Shown: positions 10,070 through 20,500, counted from the stretch's first letter. The stretch is 64,000 nucleotides of DNA from a virus (IMGVR_UViG_3300049043_000188:1-64000), one strand, 5' to 3'. Numbers and translations: made by a program. The notes: generated from the sequence alone by a model not told the origin.

Positions 10070-10661
10070 CACAAAACATTGAACATACTAACAGAATGAT
10101 TAACCAACTTAAGTTTCAGTATCAAGGACGTATCACTGAATTGCAACAAAAGATTACAGAACAACAGCAAGAGATTTTACAACTGCAAGAACAGATTAAA
10201 CTGCTCTCATACGTCAAAGATTATGATTGTTAATTTTTGATTTATGAAACCATCTTTTGCCAAGGGTATTATCGTTCAGCATAAAAATTGGGTGGGAGAA
10301 GTTCGTTTTGTTTGCGAAGAATACATCTCAATTTGTGTTCGTGTCGGAAACAATCGAGCAAACGATATTTGTGTCTTGGTGTATAGAGATGATTGGAGCA
10401 CAGTTAAGTTGCTGAAAGAATCTGGTAAATGAAGAAGAAGTCTAAAGGATTACTTTATTACATCTATTGTGCTCTTGGTGAAAAGTCTCATCCAAACTGC
10501 AATAAAACAGCAGATCGTGTTGCTCTCATTCGTCTTTTGATTGCTTTACAACTGATTATCACTAACTTTTTTATTATTGGCGGGGTAATAGTTAACATTA
10601 TATCAATACATCGTCATTGGAATGATGCAACAACAATAAATAATCAAAAAGTTTTGCAACG

Positions 10662-11073
10662 ATGAAAACCTTTCAGCAGTTTTGTGAAGATGCTGCCGCT
10701 CAATATAGAGCAGGAGAACTAGCATATCAATCATCAGCACCTGCAAGACTTGCTGCTCGTCGTGCCGCTGCTTATGAACGATCAAGAACTCGTGGAAAAG
10801 ATTTTGCTGCTAAATCAAAACAAAGACTGCAAGCACAAAAAGAAAGACACGCGCAAATAAGAAAAGATTACTAAAAGAGTAAGTCAAAGAGAGGATTTGC
10901 AATTAGAGCAAGTCCCAGTTATGAAGTCGAATGAATATAATAAGCAAATTGCAAGACGCCAAGCAACTCAAAAGTCAGCACATATTAAACACGTTCATAG
11001 TGAAATTGGCGCAGAAGCAAGAGCACAACAAGCAGCAAAACAATCAAGACTTAAGACAATTATGAGTCATTGA
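10662..11073 (+). CDS. putative head-internal basic protein (probable frameshift near 10870)
   Basis: MKTFQQFCEDA leader; AATAAATA at 10635-10642; a second basic module follows LQLE. Confidence 0.55.
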
Positions 11074-11122
11074 TTACTTTTACCTGGATTCCCGATAAAC
11101 GGATTTTATCGGGATTTCGGGT

Positions 11123-11182
11123 AAGGACAGTTGAGCAACTGGCACACTACCCTCCCTACTGCTGCTCTTGACCTGCTATGAT
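11123..11182 (+). promoter_or_regulatory. palindrome-type promoter
   Basis: AAGGACAG-N8-CTGGCACA, 30 nt, TATGAT preceded by TGC. Confidence 0.75.
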
Positions 11183-11701
11183 AACTTAGTTATCAATCAA
11201 AAATGACTCCTTCACAATATACTTTTGCTGGCGATGCTAACACCTTCATTGGTGCTGTTGCTCTCTTTGCGACGCCTGTTCTTCTTTATTGGATTTTTCG
11301 CTCTTACTGGAACTCTCCTTATCGCAAATGAAAGGTTTCTTATTTGGTTTTATTCTTGGAATCGCATCTGCAACAGTTGGATTTAGTGGTCTTGCACCAA
11401 TGCTTGATTCTGCTGTAAGAGGTATTCAGCAACAAACAATTAAAATTACTCAAAAATCACAACAAGAACAAGTACAAAATTATGACATCACAAATCCTGC
11501 ATCATCTCCGCGAATTGCAAATTGAATGGCGTCGCAATGATTTTTGTTTGAGTAATTCTCAACAAGAGAAATACGACCTTCTTCTTTATGCTCGCCGCGA
11601 ACGCATTAAAGAACTGTATAAAGAAGGGCGAGTCAGTAAAGGTCGCAAATCAACTGATACAGTAGTTGAAGAACCTGACTCTTCACAGTCAAATTGATGC
11701 T

Positions 11702-11760
11702 TGTGCCACTTATTCTAGTGGCACATCACACTTCCCACAGTGCCGCTGAGGTGCTATGAT
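11702..11760 (+). promoter_or_regulatory. palindrome-type promoter
   Basis: TGTGCCAC-N8-GTGGCACA, 29 nt, TATGAT. Confidence 0.85.
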
Positions 11761-11983
11761 GTATTCATCAAAAGTTGAGGAGGCACTAATGATTAAGAGT
11801 TCTTTTGTTCTTCACGATGATTATGAGGACTTTGCTGAAAAGTATCTTGGAATTGATTATGATGACTATGTGACTTTTCAGTTGGGTCTTCAAGATGAAG
11901 ATGAGGATGAGATTGAAATTGAATACTCTTTGAGTGTTTGATTTTGATTGGGAATGGTAGTTGCCCTTAAAGTTCTCCATCAT

Positions 11984-12057
11984 CGCGGGCGAGTGTAAAG
12001 GTAGCACAGAAGTCTCATAAACTTCAGGAACAAGTTCAACTCTTGTGCCCGCCACCA
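11984..12057 (+). tRNA. tRNA with CAT anticodon (Met; initiator-like acceptor stem)
   Basis: Cloverleaf: acceptor CGCGGGC/GCCCGCC with C1xC72 mismatch, anticodon arm GAAGT-CTCATAA-ACTTC, T arm ACAAG-TTCAACT-CTTGT, encoded CCA. Confidence 0.85.
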
Positions 12058-12060
12058 AAT

Positions 12061-12133
12061 GGGGAATTAGTTAAACGGTATAACGGGTGCTTTGCAAGCA
12101 CTTATCATGGAGTTCGATTCTCCATATTCTCCA
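12061..12133 (+). tRNA. tRNA-Ala(UGC)
   Basis: Acceptor GGGGAAT/ATTCTCC with G3:U70 and A73; anticodon loop TTTGCAA; T loop TTCGATT; CCA not encoded. Confidence 0.9.
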
Positions 12134-12386
12134 TTGGGAGATAAACTCCCAAACATTCACTTGATTTTTTTATTCATTATGTCTACCAAACTGCTTGCTT
12201 TTGCTGTTCAACTTGCTGACACCAATCCTGCTGGTGCTCAACTGATTACAAGTCTCGCTAAAGCAAATAGTGGTGCTGAAATTGTAGAAGCACTGAACGT
12301 TTATGATAGTGTTGTACCCGCATTTGATTATGTGGTGTCTCCTAATCTTGAGGCAGCACTTGGAGTTGCTTGAGTCTCATTGAGAC

Positions 12387-12445
12387 TGTGCCACTTGTGA
12401 AACCGTCCACCACCTCTCCCGTTTCGATGGGAGGGGTGTTATACT
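12387..12445 (+). promoter_or_regulatory. palindrome-type promoter with hairpin in spacer
   Basis: TGTGCCAC-N8-CCGTCCAC, 29 nt, TATACT preceded by TGT; spacer CCTCTCCC-N8-GGGAGGGG. Confidence 0.75.
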
Positions 12446-12585
12446 ATGTGAAACACACAAAGGGGAGGGATGTCTACTCCAAACTGGCAGCATAACTCTG
12501 GTAAGCGTAAGCAAACCAAAGGTATGTGTAAGGGAAAAATCAAATCCCGCAAACAATCTCTTAAAGCACTTCTACTTAAACTCAA

Positions 12586-12990
12586 ATGACTGAACAAGTT
12601 ATTGACCGCATCGAAGAGTTGTGTCGAGTTCTTCGCACCAACTATCAAGACAGTGCGATTGCTAGGCATCGTGACGCTACTGCCAACAATGGTATTGTTG
12701 ATGAGACTTATGTTGATTGGCATAAGGAACAGATTGATAAACTTGCGATGGGTGAAGGTGTAGATGAGTTTGTCTATACTAAAGGTAAGAAGTATGCCAA
12801 GATTGTTCATATCAATTGTGGAGGACAAAAAAGTGCTCACGCATTTGTAGATATGAATGATGGGAGCGTGTATAAATCAGCATCTTGGTCTGCTCCTGCT
12901 AAAGGCGTGCGATACAATCTTATGGATGATAAATCCCGAGAGCAAATGTATCGCCGTGCAGATTGGGCGGGCGGATATTTGTATAAGTGA
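12586..12990 (+). CDS. conserved phage hypothetical protein
   Basis: GKKYAKIV...SAHAFVD..DGSVYKSASWSAPAKGVRYNL. Confidence 0.75.
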   Translation: MTEQVIDRIEELCRVLRTNYQDSAIARHRDATANNGIVDETYVDWHKEQIDKLAMGEGVDEFVYTKGKKYAKIVHINCGGQKSAHAFVDMNDGSVYKSASWSAPAKGVRYNLMDDKSREQMYRRADWAGGYLYK

Positions 12991-12996
12991 TACTGA

Positions 12997-13055
12997 TGTG
13001 CCAGTAATCGCACTGGCACATTAAATCTCCATAGGGGCACCAGATGCCCTATAAT
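12997..13055 (+). promoter_or_regulatory. palindrome-type promoter
   Basis: TGTGCCAG-N8-CTGGCACA, 29 nt, TATAAT. Confidence 0.85.
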
Positions 13056-13521
13056 ACTCTCATACACAACAAATCAAATGGAAGAAACTTTTACTGTTGA
13101 ACTCACCAAACGTGAATTGCAAGACATTCGTATTGCACTGATGGATTATCGCTCCAAGTGGTTCAATCTTTATCACGATGGTCTGATGGGTAAAAAACCA
13201 CAGAACTTTTCTGTAGAAGGTGCTGGTCTTGTGTATGATGATGTTTGCAAACTGCAAAAACGCATCTGCACTCTTGATAACATCTACGCTTAAGATTATG
13301 GAAACCAACATTTCAGAACAACAAGTCACTCGTTCTTTGCGTCTTCTGCGTGAAGGTTTCAAGAATGAGTTTGCTACATCTGTCTTTGCAAATGAGCGAA
13401 CGATTGAACTCTTTGGAGAACTTGCAAGTGAGTTTGTAGATATGAACATTCCTGTGGTTGATGAAGACAATCGTATGGAACTTGCGATGATGCTGTTAGA
13501 AAGTTTGGACATTGTTGCACG

Positions 13522-13731
13522 ATGACTTACACTGACATCACAAAACTTGAGAATTGCCCCGAATGTGGTGCAAATTGGGTGGATAAACTCATTCCCCAAC
13601 AATACTGGGAGAACTATTCTCCACCCTATTTCTATAGTCGTGTGATTGGTGTAGAATTGCTTGGCGAGGATAGAATTAATCACTGGTTGTGTCCTGATTG
13701 TAAACATCAATTTCCAAGAGGTATGGGATGA
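13522..13731 (+). CDS. small zinc-ribbon protein
   Basis: CPECG...CPDC. Confidence 0.7.
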   Translation: MTYTDITKLENCPECGANWVDKLIPQQYWENYSPPYFYSRVIGVELLGEDRINHWLCPDCKHQFPRGMG

Positions 13732-13822
13732 CAACAACTGACAAACTCATCTTTGTCTCTTCATTCTTTATTTTTATGAACTGGGGATGTAGAATCACTC
13801 AACAGATTTTTAATCATTTGCT

Positions 13823-14263
13823 ATGAGTATCATTGTTTCTTCAGGGTATGGTTATAACAAACGTATTTGTGAAAATGTAACCTCCTGGTTCTTAAATAAG
13901 TTTCTATCATCCTATGACATTGAGGTAGATATTGTTCATCGCGGATTAAAAAGAGAGTTTGTATATGGTTGGTGTTCGGTTCAAGATTGTGATGAGAAAC
14001 CACGTTCTTTTTTAATTGAACTACAAACACATCTGCCAAGAAAAAATTATATTCAAACATTACTGCACGAACTTTATCACTGCTATCAACACGTTAATGG
14101 TGATTTGAGAGATGTGAAAGGTGTTCGCTGTTGGAAAGGTATTGCCTGGAAAGATGATAATTATGATGAAATGCCTTGGGAAATTGAAGCACATCAAAAG
14201 GAAAAAGAACTATACGAACAATATTCTAAATGCGATGTGCCACTAGTTCTAGTGGCACACTAA
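13823..14263 (+). CDS. zincin-like (HExxH) metallopeptidase
   Basis: TLLHELYHCYQH and PWEIEA. Confidence 0.75.
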   Translation: MSIIVSSGYGYNKRICENVTSWFLNKFLSSYDIEVDIVHRGLKREFVYGWCSVQDCDEKPRSFLIELQTHLPRKNYIQTLLHELYHCYQHVNGDLRDVKGVRCWKGIAWKDDNYDEMPWEIEAHQKEKELYEQYSKCDVPLVLVAH

Positions 14264-14294
14264 ACCCCCGCAAGGGCACCTGATGCCCTATAAT
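14236..14294 (+). promoter_or_regulatory. palindrome-type promoter
   Basis: TGTGCCACTAG-TT-CTAGTGGCACA, 29 nt, TATAAT; 61/62 identical to 19045-19106. Confidence 0.85.
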
Positions 14295-14315
14295 ACAAGG
14301 ATACAAACAAAAAAA

Positions 14316-15143
14316 ATGAAGACTTCCCCTAAAAGTCAAGAAGATTTCACTGAACTCTTGCAGCATACTTTTAGTGAAATATCTAATGAAATTAACTGGT
14401 GCTTGAAATATAATCAAGGATTTACCTTTGATACTGGAAAGTTTGGTGAAAGAGTTTTATTTATTGTAGAAAACACTAAAGGTGTTCCCTCCAATGGAGG
14501 TTGTGCATTTGATAGTGAAAAGGGAAGCGAAGGAAAAAGTTGCTTTCTAGCACAAACTTATACTTGTCCAGATTGTAAATCAAAAAATAACTATTATGCA
14601 AAAGAATGTCATAAATGTGGTTCCACAAAAAGAGAAGACCCTAAAGATAGTCGTTGGGGAATTGATGTTAAAGCACACTTCAAGTATCTAAATCAAATCC
14701 CCTGCTATATCTTTACTCACGTAGAACCACTCAATCAAGACTCTAACAATCCAAAATATCGGATTAAAGTGTTTAAAATTGATAGCAAGAATCCGATGTT
14801 TAATGACATTCTTCAACATCAAATGAATTATGGAAAGAAAGCGCATAAAAACTTTATGCCTTTTGGTAGAGATTTCTATATGTCATCTCCAATTCCACTT
14901 GTAGATTGTGTTGTTAATGTAAAAGGCAAAGATATAAATATCTCTTACAACTTTTACTGTCCAGACAACCAAGACACTCTTACAAAAATGCCCATTAGTG
15001 TTTTTACGAAAAAAGAAAGAACCTTAATCTCTCAAATTTCCAATAATATGGTCTTGATTGAAGAAGCAATCAATATCATTGGTGTAAAAAAATCCACTCA
15101 CGGTAAAGAAAGAGGAACTCTTGACCGAAATAAAAATCTGTAG
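14316..15143 (+). CDS. putative PD-(D/E)xK restriction endonuclease with zinc ribbon
   Basis: GKFGE...GGCAFD....SEGK, CPDC-x10-CHKC; sits directly upstream of a DNA methyltransferase. Confidence 0.6.
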   Translation: MKTSPKSQEDFTELLQHTFSEISNEINWCLKYNQGFTFDTGKFGERVLFIVENTKGVPSNGGCAFDSEKGSEGKSCFLAQTYTCPDCKSKNNYYAKECHKCGSTKREDPKDSRWGIDVKAHFKYLNQIPCYIFTHVEPLNQDSNNPKYRIKVFKIDSKNPMFNDILQHQMNYGKKAHKNFMPFGRDFYMSSPIPLVDCVVNVKGKDINISYNFYCPDNQDTLTKMPISVFTKKERTLISQISNNMVLIEEAINIIGVKKSTHGKERGTLDRNKNL

Positions 15144-15164
15144 TAAGATAAAATTAATTTAACT

Positions 15165-16082
15165 ATGAACTATCAAAATAAGGATTGCTTGTCTTTTCTT
15201 AATGAAATTGACGATAGGTCTATAGATTTAATTGCAATAGATCCACCTTATTATAGGGTAGTAAATGATAAATGGGATAATCAATGGTTTACCATTGATG
15301 AATATTATTCTTGGTGTGAAAAGTGGATTAAAGAACTAGGAAGATATCTAAAATGGTCAGGTAGTCTGTGGATATTTGGATTTCCACAACAACTAACTTA
15401 TATTCTTCCCTTTATTGAAAGTGCTGGATTTACCTTTAGGCAACAAATTGTTGTGAATAAAGGTATGCGTTCCGTTGCAGGTAGAACAAGTGATAAACTT
15501 AAAATGTTTCCTACTGCAACAGAATCAATCTTTTTCTTTCATTATGATGCAAGAGATTATATTCGGGATTTGTTGCTTGATCTGAAAAATAAGCACAAAA
15601 TGAATGGAAAAGATATGAATACGCTGCTAGGAAAAGCAATTACTGGTGGTGGAACATTTTCTTGTATCGCATCAACTAAAAAACCAAGAGAGCATAGAAC
15701 ATATCCAACCAGAGAAGATTGGGATAAATTATCTACACTTGGTAACTTACCTTCTTATGATGAAGTAGTGTATAAATTTAATATTATTTCAGGTCTTACT
15801 GATGTTTGGGATGATATTAACTTTTATGATAGAAAAGAAATTAAGTTTCATAGCACACAAAAACCAATAGATTTGATGGACAGAATTGTTCTATCATCAT
15901 CCAATCCTGGTGATAAAGTATTGGATATCTTTTCTGGTTCTGGTTCTACTGGTGTTTCTTGCGTAAGAAATAATAGAGAATTTATTGGATGTGAAATTGA
16001 TGAGGAATACTATAAAAAGTCATATGAAAGAATAAAAAACACTACAGAAAATAAATCCCCTACAGTGATGTTTGATTGGTGA
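15165..16082 (+). CDS. N4-cytosine/N6-adenine DNA methyltransferase, beta class
   Basis: DPPY near the N-terminus, HSTQKP, then DIFSGSGSTG SAM-binding motif. Confidence 0.93.
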   Translation: MNYQNKDCLSFLNEIDDRSIDLIAIDPPYYRVVNDKWDNQWFTIDEYYSWCEKWIKELGRYLKWSGSLWIFGFPQQLTYILPFIESAGFTFRQQIVVNKGMRSVAGRTSDKLKMFPTATESIFFFHYDARDYIRDLLLDLKNKHKMNGKDMNTLLGKAITGGGTFSCIASTKKPREHRTYPTREDWDKLSTLGNLPSYDEVVYKFNIISGLTDVWDDINFYDRKEIKFHSTQKPIDLMDRIVLSSSNPGDKVLDIFSGSGSTGVSCVRNNREFIGCEIDEEYYKKSYERIKNTTENKSPTVMFDW

Positions 16083-16087
16083 TGCGA

Positions 16088-16146
16088 TGTGCCACCTGTA
16101 GCACTGGCACAGTAAATCCCCGCAGACCCTTCTGATGCCCTATAAT
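16088..16146 (+). promoter_or_regulatory. palindrome-type promoter
   Basis: TGTGCCAC-N8-CTGGCACA, 29 nt, TATAAT. Confidence 0.85.
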
Positions 16147-16693
16147 ACAGGGACACAAGCAAAGGAAACCAGATGATTCTTGATGTGTTTCATTACACTG
16201 TGTCCCGTTGGGATTGGCACGATGGTAATGTAAATCAAATGTGGATTCAAGAGATTGAAGAATCTCCTGATTGCTATAGGTATGTTGCTGTTGCTTACAA
16301 TCCTCGCAAAAATACAAGTATGGTAATGTCTAAACCACGTTGCTATGCTGATACTCTTGCAATGGGTTCGTATGTTCTGTGGTTCTTTCTGTATTCTTCC
16401 TGCCTGATTGATGATGACTACTATTCAATTTACTGATGAAGAACTGGAAGTTCTTCAAGCACTTGTTGAGTTTCACGGTGGGTGTGAAATCCCAGAATGG
16501 TTGAGTGAAGAAGCATACGATTCTGTTTGTGATAAAGTTCTAGGTATTTGATTATGAAATATATTGTCGAACTTTACATTGGCGGCAGAGTCTTCAAAGA
16601 AGAAGTGTATGCCAATAATCCAAAAGGTGCGCGTGAAACTGCACTAGCACGCAATCCTACTGCTAAAGTTGTTGGTGTGAATGTTTCTTTCAA

Positions 16694-17929
16694 ATGATGA
16701 TTCCAGATCTTCGACCTCATCAAAACCGTGCTGTAGAGGCAATGGTCAAACATAACAAGGGAATTATCTGCGCTGTAACAGGTGCAGGTAAAACTCTTGT
16801 GGGTATTGCTGATACAATGCGGGAGTTTGAATCACAAACTCCTAAGACTGTCGTGATAGTTTCTCCGCGCATTTTGTTGGCAGAGCAGTTGTCTCACGAG
16901 TATCTAGAGTTTATTCTCAATGCAAAGGTTTTCCACGTTCATAGTGGAGAAACTCATTGGGAAAGTTCGACTCGACCATATGAAATCTACAAATGGGTGG
17001 AGAGTCATAAAGATTCTCACAAACTCATCTTTACAACCTATCATTCTCTTGCTCGCCTTCAAGAAGCAGAGATTGAAGTAGATACTATTCATTTGGATGA
17101 GGCACACAACTCTGTTCAAAAACATTTCTTTCCTGCTGTTGAGTATTTTTCCAAAACTGCAAAACGGTTCTATTCCTATACTGCAACACCAAAGAACTCT
17201 ACTGCTCCTGATAAACCAGGAATGAATTGGGGAGAAGTGTACGGACAGATTATTGAGAATGTTTCTGGTCCTGAAATGGTCCGTGGTGGATATATTGTTC
17301 CACCAAAAGTAGAAGTCAAGCAACTTCCTATGGTTAAGGGTCGTCAGGTTATTTTTGACCGCGATGCTGATAATCTTATCGAAACTCTTGATGATTACCA
17401 AGTCAATAAGGCACTGATTTGTGCTAAATCCACCAAACAGATTGTTGGTCTCATCAGCGAAACCGATTTCTGTAATGAACTCAAAGAACGTGGATATTCT
17501 TGGTTGGTAATTACATCCAAGACTGGTGCGATTGTGGATGGTAAGAAAGTCAATCGGGAGGAGTTCTTTGAAACCTTGAACTCTTGGGGTAGCGACAACT
17601 CTAAAAAGTTTGTCGTGATTCATCATTCGATTATTTGTGAGGGTATTTCTATCAGCGGACTCGAAGCAGTTATCTTTATGCGTCCAATGGATTATACTTC
17701 CATCGCACAAAGTATTGGTAGGATTGTTCGACTGCATCACGATGATGCTAAAGGTCTTCGCAATGGTTCAATTCAACCTGGAGCACTGAGTCAATATACA
17801 AAATCATTTGCTCTTTGCGTGATTCCTGTCTATACTTCTGCTGGTATTTCAACTGCTCGCAAAGTTCAAGCAGTTGTTGATACTATCTTCACTCGCGGAG
17901 AACCTTGTATCACAACTGACGGCAAATAA
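16694..17929 (+). CDS. superfamily 2 (ResIII/DEAH-like) helicase
   Basis: LRPHQ, TGAGKT, DEAH, TATP, QSIGRIVR. Confidence 0.9.
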   Translation: MMIPDLRPHQNRAVEAMVKHNKGIICAVTGAGKTLVGIADTMREFESQTPKTVVIVSPRILLAEQLSHEYLEFILNAKVFHVHSGETHWESSTRPYEIYKWVESHKDSHKLIFTTYHSLARLQEAEIEVDTIHLDEAHNSVQKHFFPAVEYFSKTAKRFYSYTATPKNSTAPDKPGMNWGEVYGQIIENVSGPEMVRGGYIVPPKVEVKQLPMVKGRQVIFDRDADNLIETLDDYQVNKALICAKSTKQIVGLISETDFCNELKERGYSWLVITSKTGAIVDGKKVNREEFFETLNSWGSDNSKKFVVIHHSIICEGISISGLEAVIFMRPMDYTSIAQSIGRIVRLHHDDAKGLRNGSIQPGALSQYTKSFALCVIPVYTSAGISTARKVQAVVDTIFTRGEPCITTDGK

Positions 17930-17938
17930 GTGATATGA

Positions 17939-18011
17939 TGTGCCACTTGTTCTGCAAGCTGCGACACGACTATGAACACTGAGCACTAGACCCCCTAAAG
18001 TGTGGTATTCT
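17939..18011 (+). promoter_or_regulatory. degraded or mis-sequenced palindrome-type promoter
   Basis: TGTGCCACTTGTTCT left arm; 3' part TGTGGTATTCTTAAAG shared with the 23620 copy. Confidence 0.55.
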
Positions 18012-18453
18012 TAAAGGGTGGTGAAGGGGGCAATAAGACCACCCCGATAATGTCAAATGACATCTTGGCAAGTATGCTATTATCAAACTTCACCACTTCT
18101 ACAAAGGTTCTATGACTTACACACCAATTCAATCTAAACTCCCATATTTGCAGGTGCCAGAGAACCGATTGAATCTTGCATTTAATTGGTATCAACGGCA
18201 GAAAGATCATCCATTGAACTTTCCCTGCTATTCTTATTGGATTCAACGTTGTGAAAATGATGGCACCGACTACTAAAACTATGCTTGATACTGTTCTTTC
18301 TCTTGAAGAAATCCTAACTGAGAAGCAACTGCATACTCTGCAAGATATGCTTTATGAATACAAACAGTTTCAGTTGGAACTGTATGATTTTCCTGGTGAA
18401 GGTAATCTCTTCACTCAAACTCAATTAGAACTTTTCGACATTTTTGAAGTAGA

Positions 18454-18717
18454 ATGACAACCTCCAATCTTTCAAAAATCAAAACCTCATTTCGCACTAA
18501 AGGCAACATCACTGGAAACTTTGGTGTTGCAAAAGTGAAAGCAGGTTCCACTCTTAATGATATTGGAGTATCAAAAGCAAAGGTTATTAACATCACAACT
18601 CAAGATGATTATTTGAATCGTCTTTATGTTGCATTTGATGAAACTGAAGATTCCAAACTCAAAAAGTTTATCTATCAAGAAATTCGTAAAATCCTGATTA
18701 CTCGGGGGACCTGGTAA
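18454..18717 (+). CDS. hypothetical protein
   Basis: 87-aa ORF. Confidence 0.65.
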   Translation: MTTSNLSKIKTSFRTKGNITGNFGVAKVKAGSTLNDIGVSKAKVINITTQDDYLNRLYVAFDETEDSKLKKFIYQEIRKILITRGTW

Positions 18718-18720
18718 ATT

Positions 18721-19041
18721 ATGAATCGTCAAGTCATCAACTATCCTGAAACTCAAGAAGAATGGGATAATCTCCCTCAAGATTTTCTTGATTATCTTAA
18801 TGTTTTGGATAATGCAAAAAGTATCAAAGCAGAAGATGCAAATAATCCAGTAGATCCACTCTATCCTACTTACGATTATGAGTGGGAACTTGATAGTAAA
18901 CTTTCATTGGAGACTATTCTTTATTATTGGAATCAAGTTCATCAAGAACTTCCTTCTAATGATGAGATTCTTGATGGAATCAATGAAGGATACGCAGAAG
19001 CAGCATATGATGATTATGTAAGTTCTGCTTATTCTTATTGA
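18721..19041 (+). CDS. highly acidic hypothetical protein
   Basis: D/E/Y-rich 106-aa ORF ending just before a repeat. Confidence 0.7.
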   Translation: MNRQVINYPETQEEWDNLPQDFLDYLNVLDNAKSIKAEDANNPVDPLYPTYDYEWELDSKLSLETILYYWNQVHQELPSNDEILDGINEGYAEAAYDDYVSSAYSY

Positions 19042-19044
19042 GGG

Positions 19045-19103
19045 TGTGCCACTTGTTCTAGTGGCACACTAAACCCCCGCAAGGGCACCTGATGCCCTAT
19101 AAT
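19045..19103 (+). promoter_or_regulatory. palindrome-type promoter
   Basis: TGTGCCAC-N8-GTGGCACA, 29 nt, TATAAT. Confidence 0.85.
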
Positions 19104-20090
19104 ACAGAGACACAAGCAAAGGAAAGCAAATTGACTAACTCCAAACTGGAAATGTTGTCTGCTCGTGAACAACTTATGGAGGACATTGATTGTATCATTG
19201 ATGGTTTCTTCTATGATACCTGGGGAGATGAATACTACAACCAAGATAGAGAAGAATTGGTGAAAACCTTGTGTGATGCTGTCTGCAAAAACTTTCCTTC
19301 TAACTAACAATGACTGAAACCCTCAAAGAGTATCATTCATTAACTGAAATGCAACACAATCGTATCACCAACGTTCTTAATAGTGGCGAATGTGAGGGAT
19401 GGTCGCAATCGTTGCTAAGTATCTTAAGCAATGTCGTGACATGTTTGATGACGAGTTTGCGACTTGTAACAACTGCCACAGGTTGATAGCATTTGTAATG
19501 CTGTTCGGATACGTAAAGTACTGGAAGTGAACTCGCACAATCTGGAGTTGAAGATCATGTTGAATCGTTAACGCATCCCGCTAAAGGAATCCTTGATGAC
19601 TTCCACTTTTTACAAATCCTTTCTTAACACTTTCTCTGTTTAATCTTGCAACTATTGCTGCAATCGTTGTTGGTGTTGTAATTTATCGACGTACTAATGC
19701 TGTTCTGACTTTGGTATTGCTGAACACGAATGAACAACTCCGCACCGATGATGAAGTTTCGTGACTGGATGGCAGAGTTTTTTAGTTTCCAATTGCACTT
19801 TAAGTTTGCTAATCTTTCCACCAACGAGTCTGATGACTGAAGTTTCTTTGCTGCCTAATTCTTTTGCCCGTCAGTGGATTGAAGACAATTTTAGGTGTGC
19901 TGGTGGTCAATCTGCTGCTGGCGCAAATCTAGTTCAACTTGCAGAAGATGGTGTAATTTCTTGGGAAGATATTGCACGGGCATTTATCTATGATGTAGAT
20001 GCAACTGCAAATCATAATGCTCTTGTGCGAGTTGCTGAGTGGCAACAATACACTCCTGTTTGATTCTTATTCATTTTACACATTAAATCA

Positions 20091-20483
20091 ATGAACTCTC
20101 AAGTCAAAGAAAAGTGGGTAAATGCTCTCCGTTCTGGTGAGTATCAACAGGGTGCTGGAAAACTTCGCAATTCTGATGGTTTCTGTTGCCTTGGTGTTCT
20201 CTGTGATTTGTATTCACAAGAACCTTTTACGAAAGGTTGGGTATTTCACGGTGATAAAGAAAATGCTCTCCCACAAGATTATTGGAAGTTTGATGGTGAA
20301 AAAGAATGGTTGCCTAAATCTGTAATGGAATGGGCAGGACTTTCTAAAAACAATCCTGTTGTTGATGTTTATTGGGAAGATGATGAGGGTTATTGTGGAA
20401 ACTTTGATGAGTGTATTTCTGAACTGAATGATGCAAGTTATTCTTTCACTCAACTTGCTGATATTATTGAAGCGCAACTTTGA
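20091..20483 (+). CDS. conserved phage hypothetical protein
   Basis: KWVNALRSGEYQQG...FCCLGVLCDL...LND...SFTQLADIIE. Confidence 0.75.
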   Translation: MNSQVKEKWVNALRSGEYQQGAGKLRNSDGFCCLGVLCDLYSQEPFTKGWVFHGDKENALPQDYWKFDGEKEWLPKSVMEWAGLSKNNPVVDVYWEDDEGYCGNFDECISELNDASYSFTQLADIIEAQL

Positions 20484-20500
20484 TGAGTCCAGTGTTGAGA

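Noticed and set aside
11718-11740. TGGCAC as a sigma54 -24 element
   Set aside because: No conserved TTGC at -12; the word is one arm of an inverted repeat
14283-14315. ORF starts at 14283, 19092, 7896 and 11756
   Set aside because: These ATGs lie inside promoter -10 regions; downstream starts are more plausible
19310-19830. ORF-poor gap as an ncRNA or pseudogene cluster
   Set aside because: Reads as garbled small genes in a low-quality stretch; I saw no convincing structure
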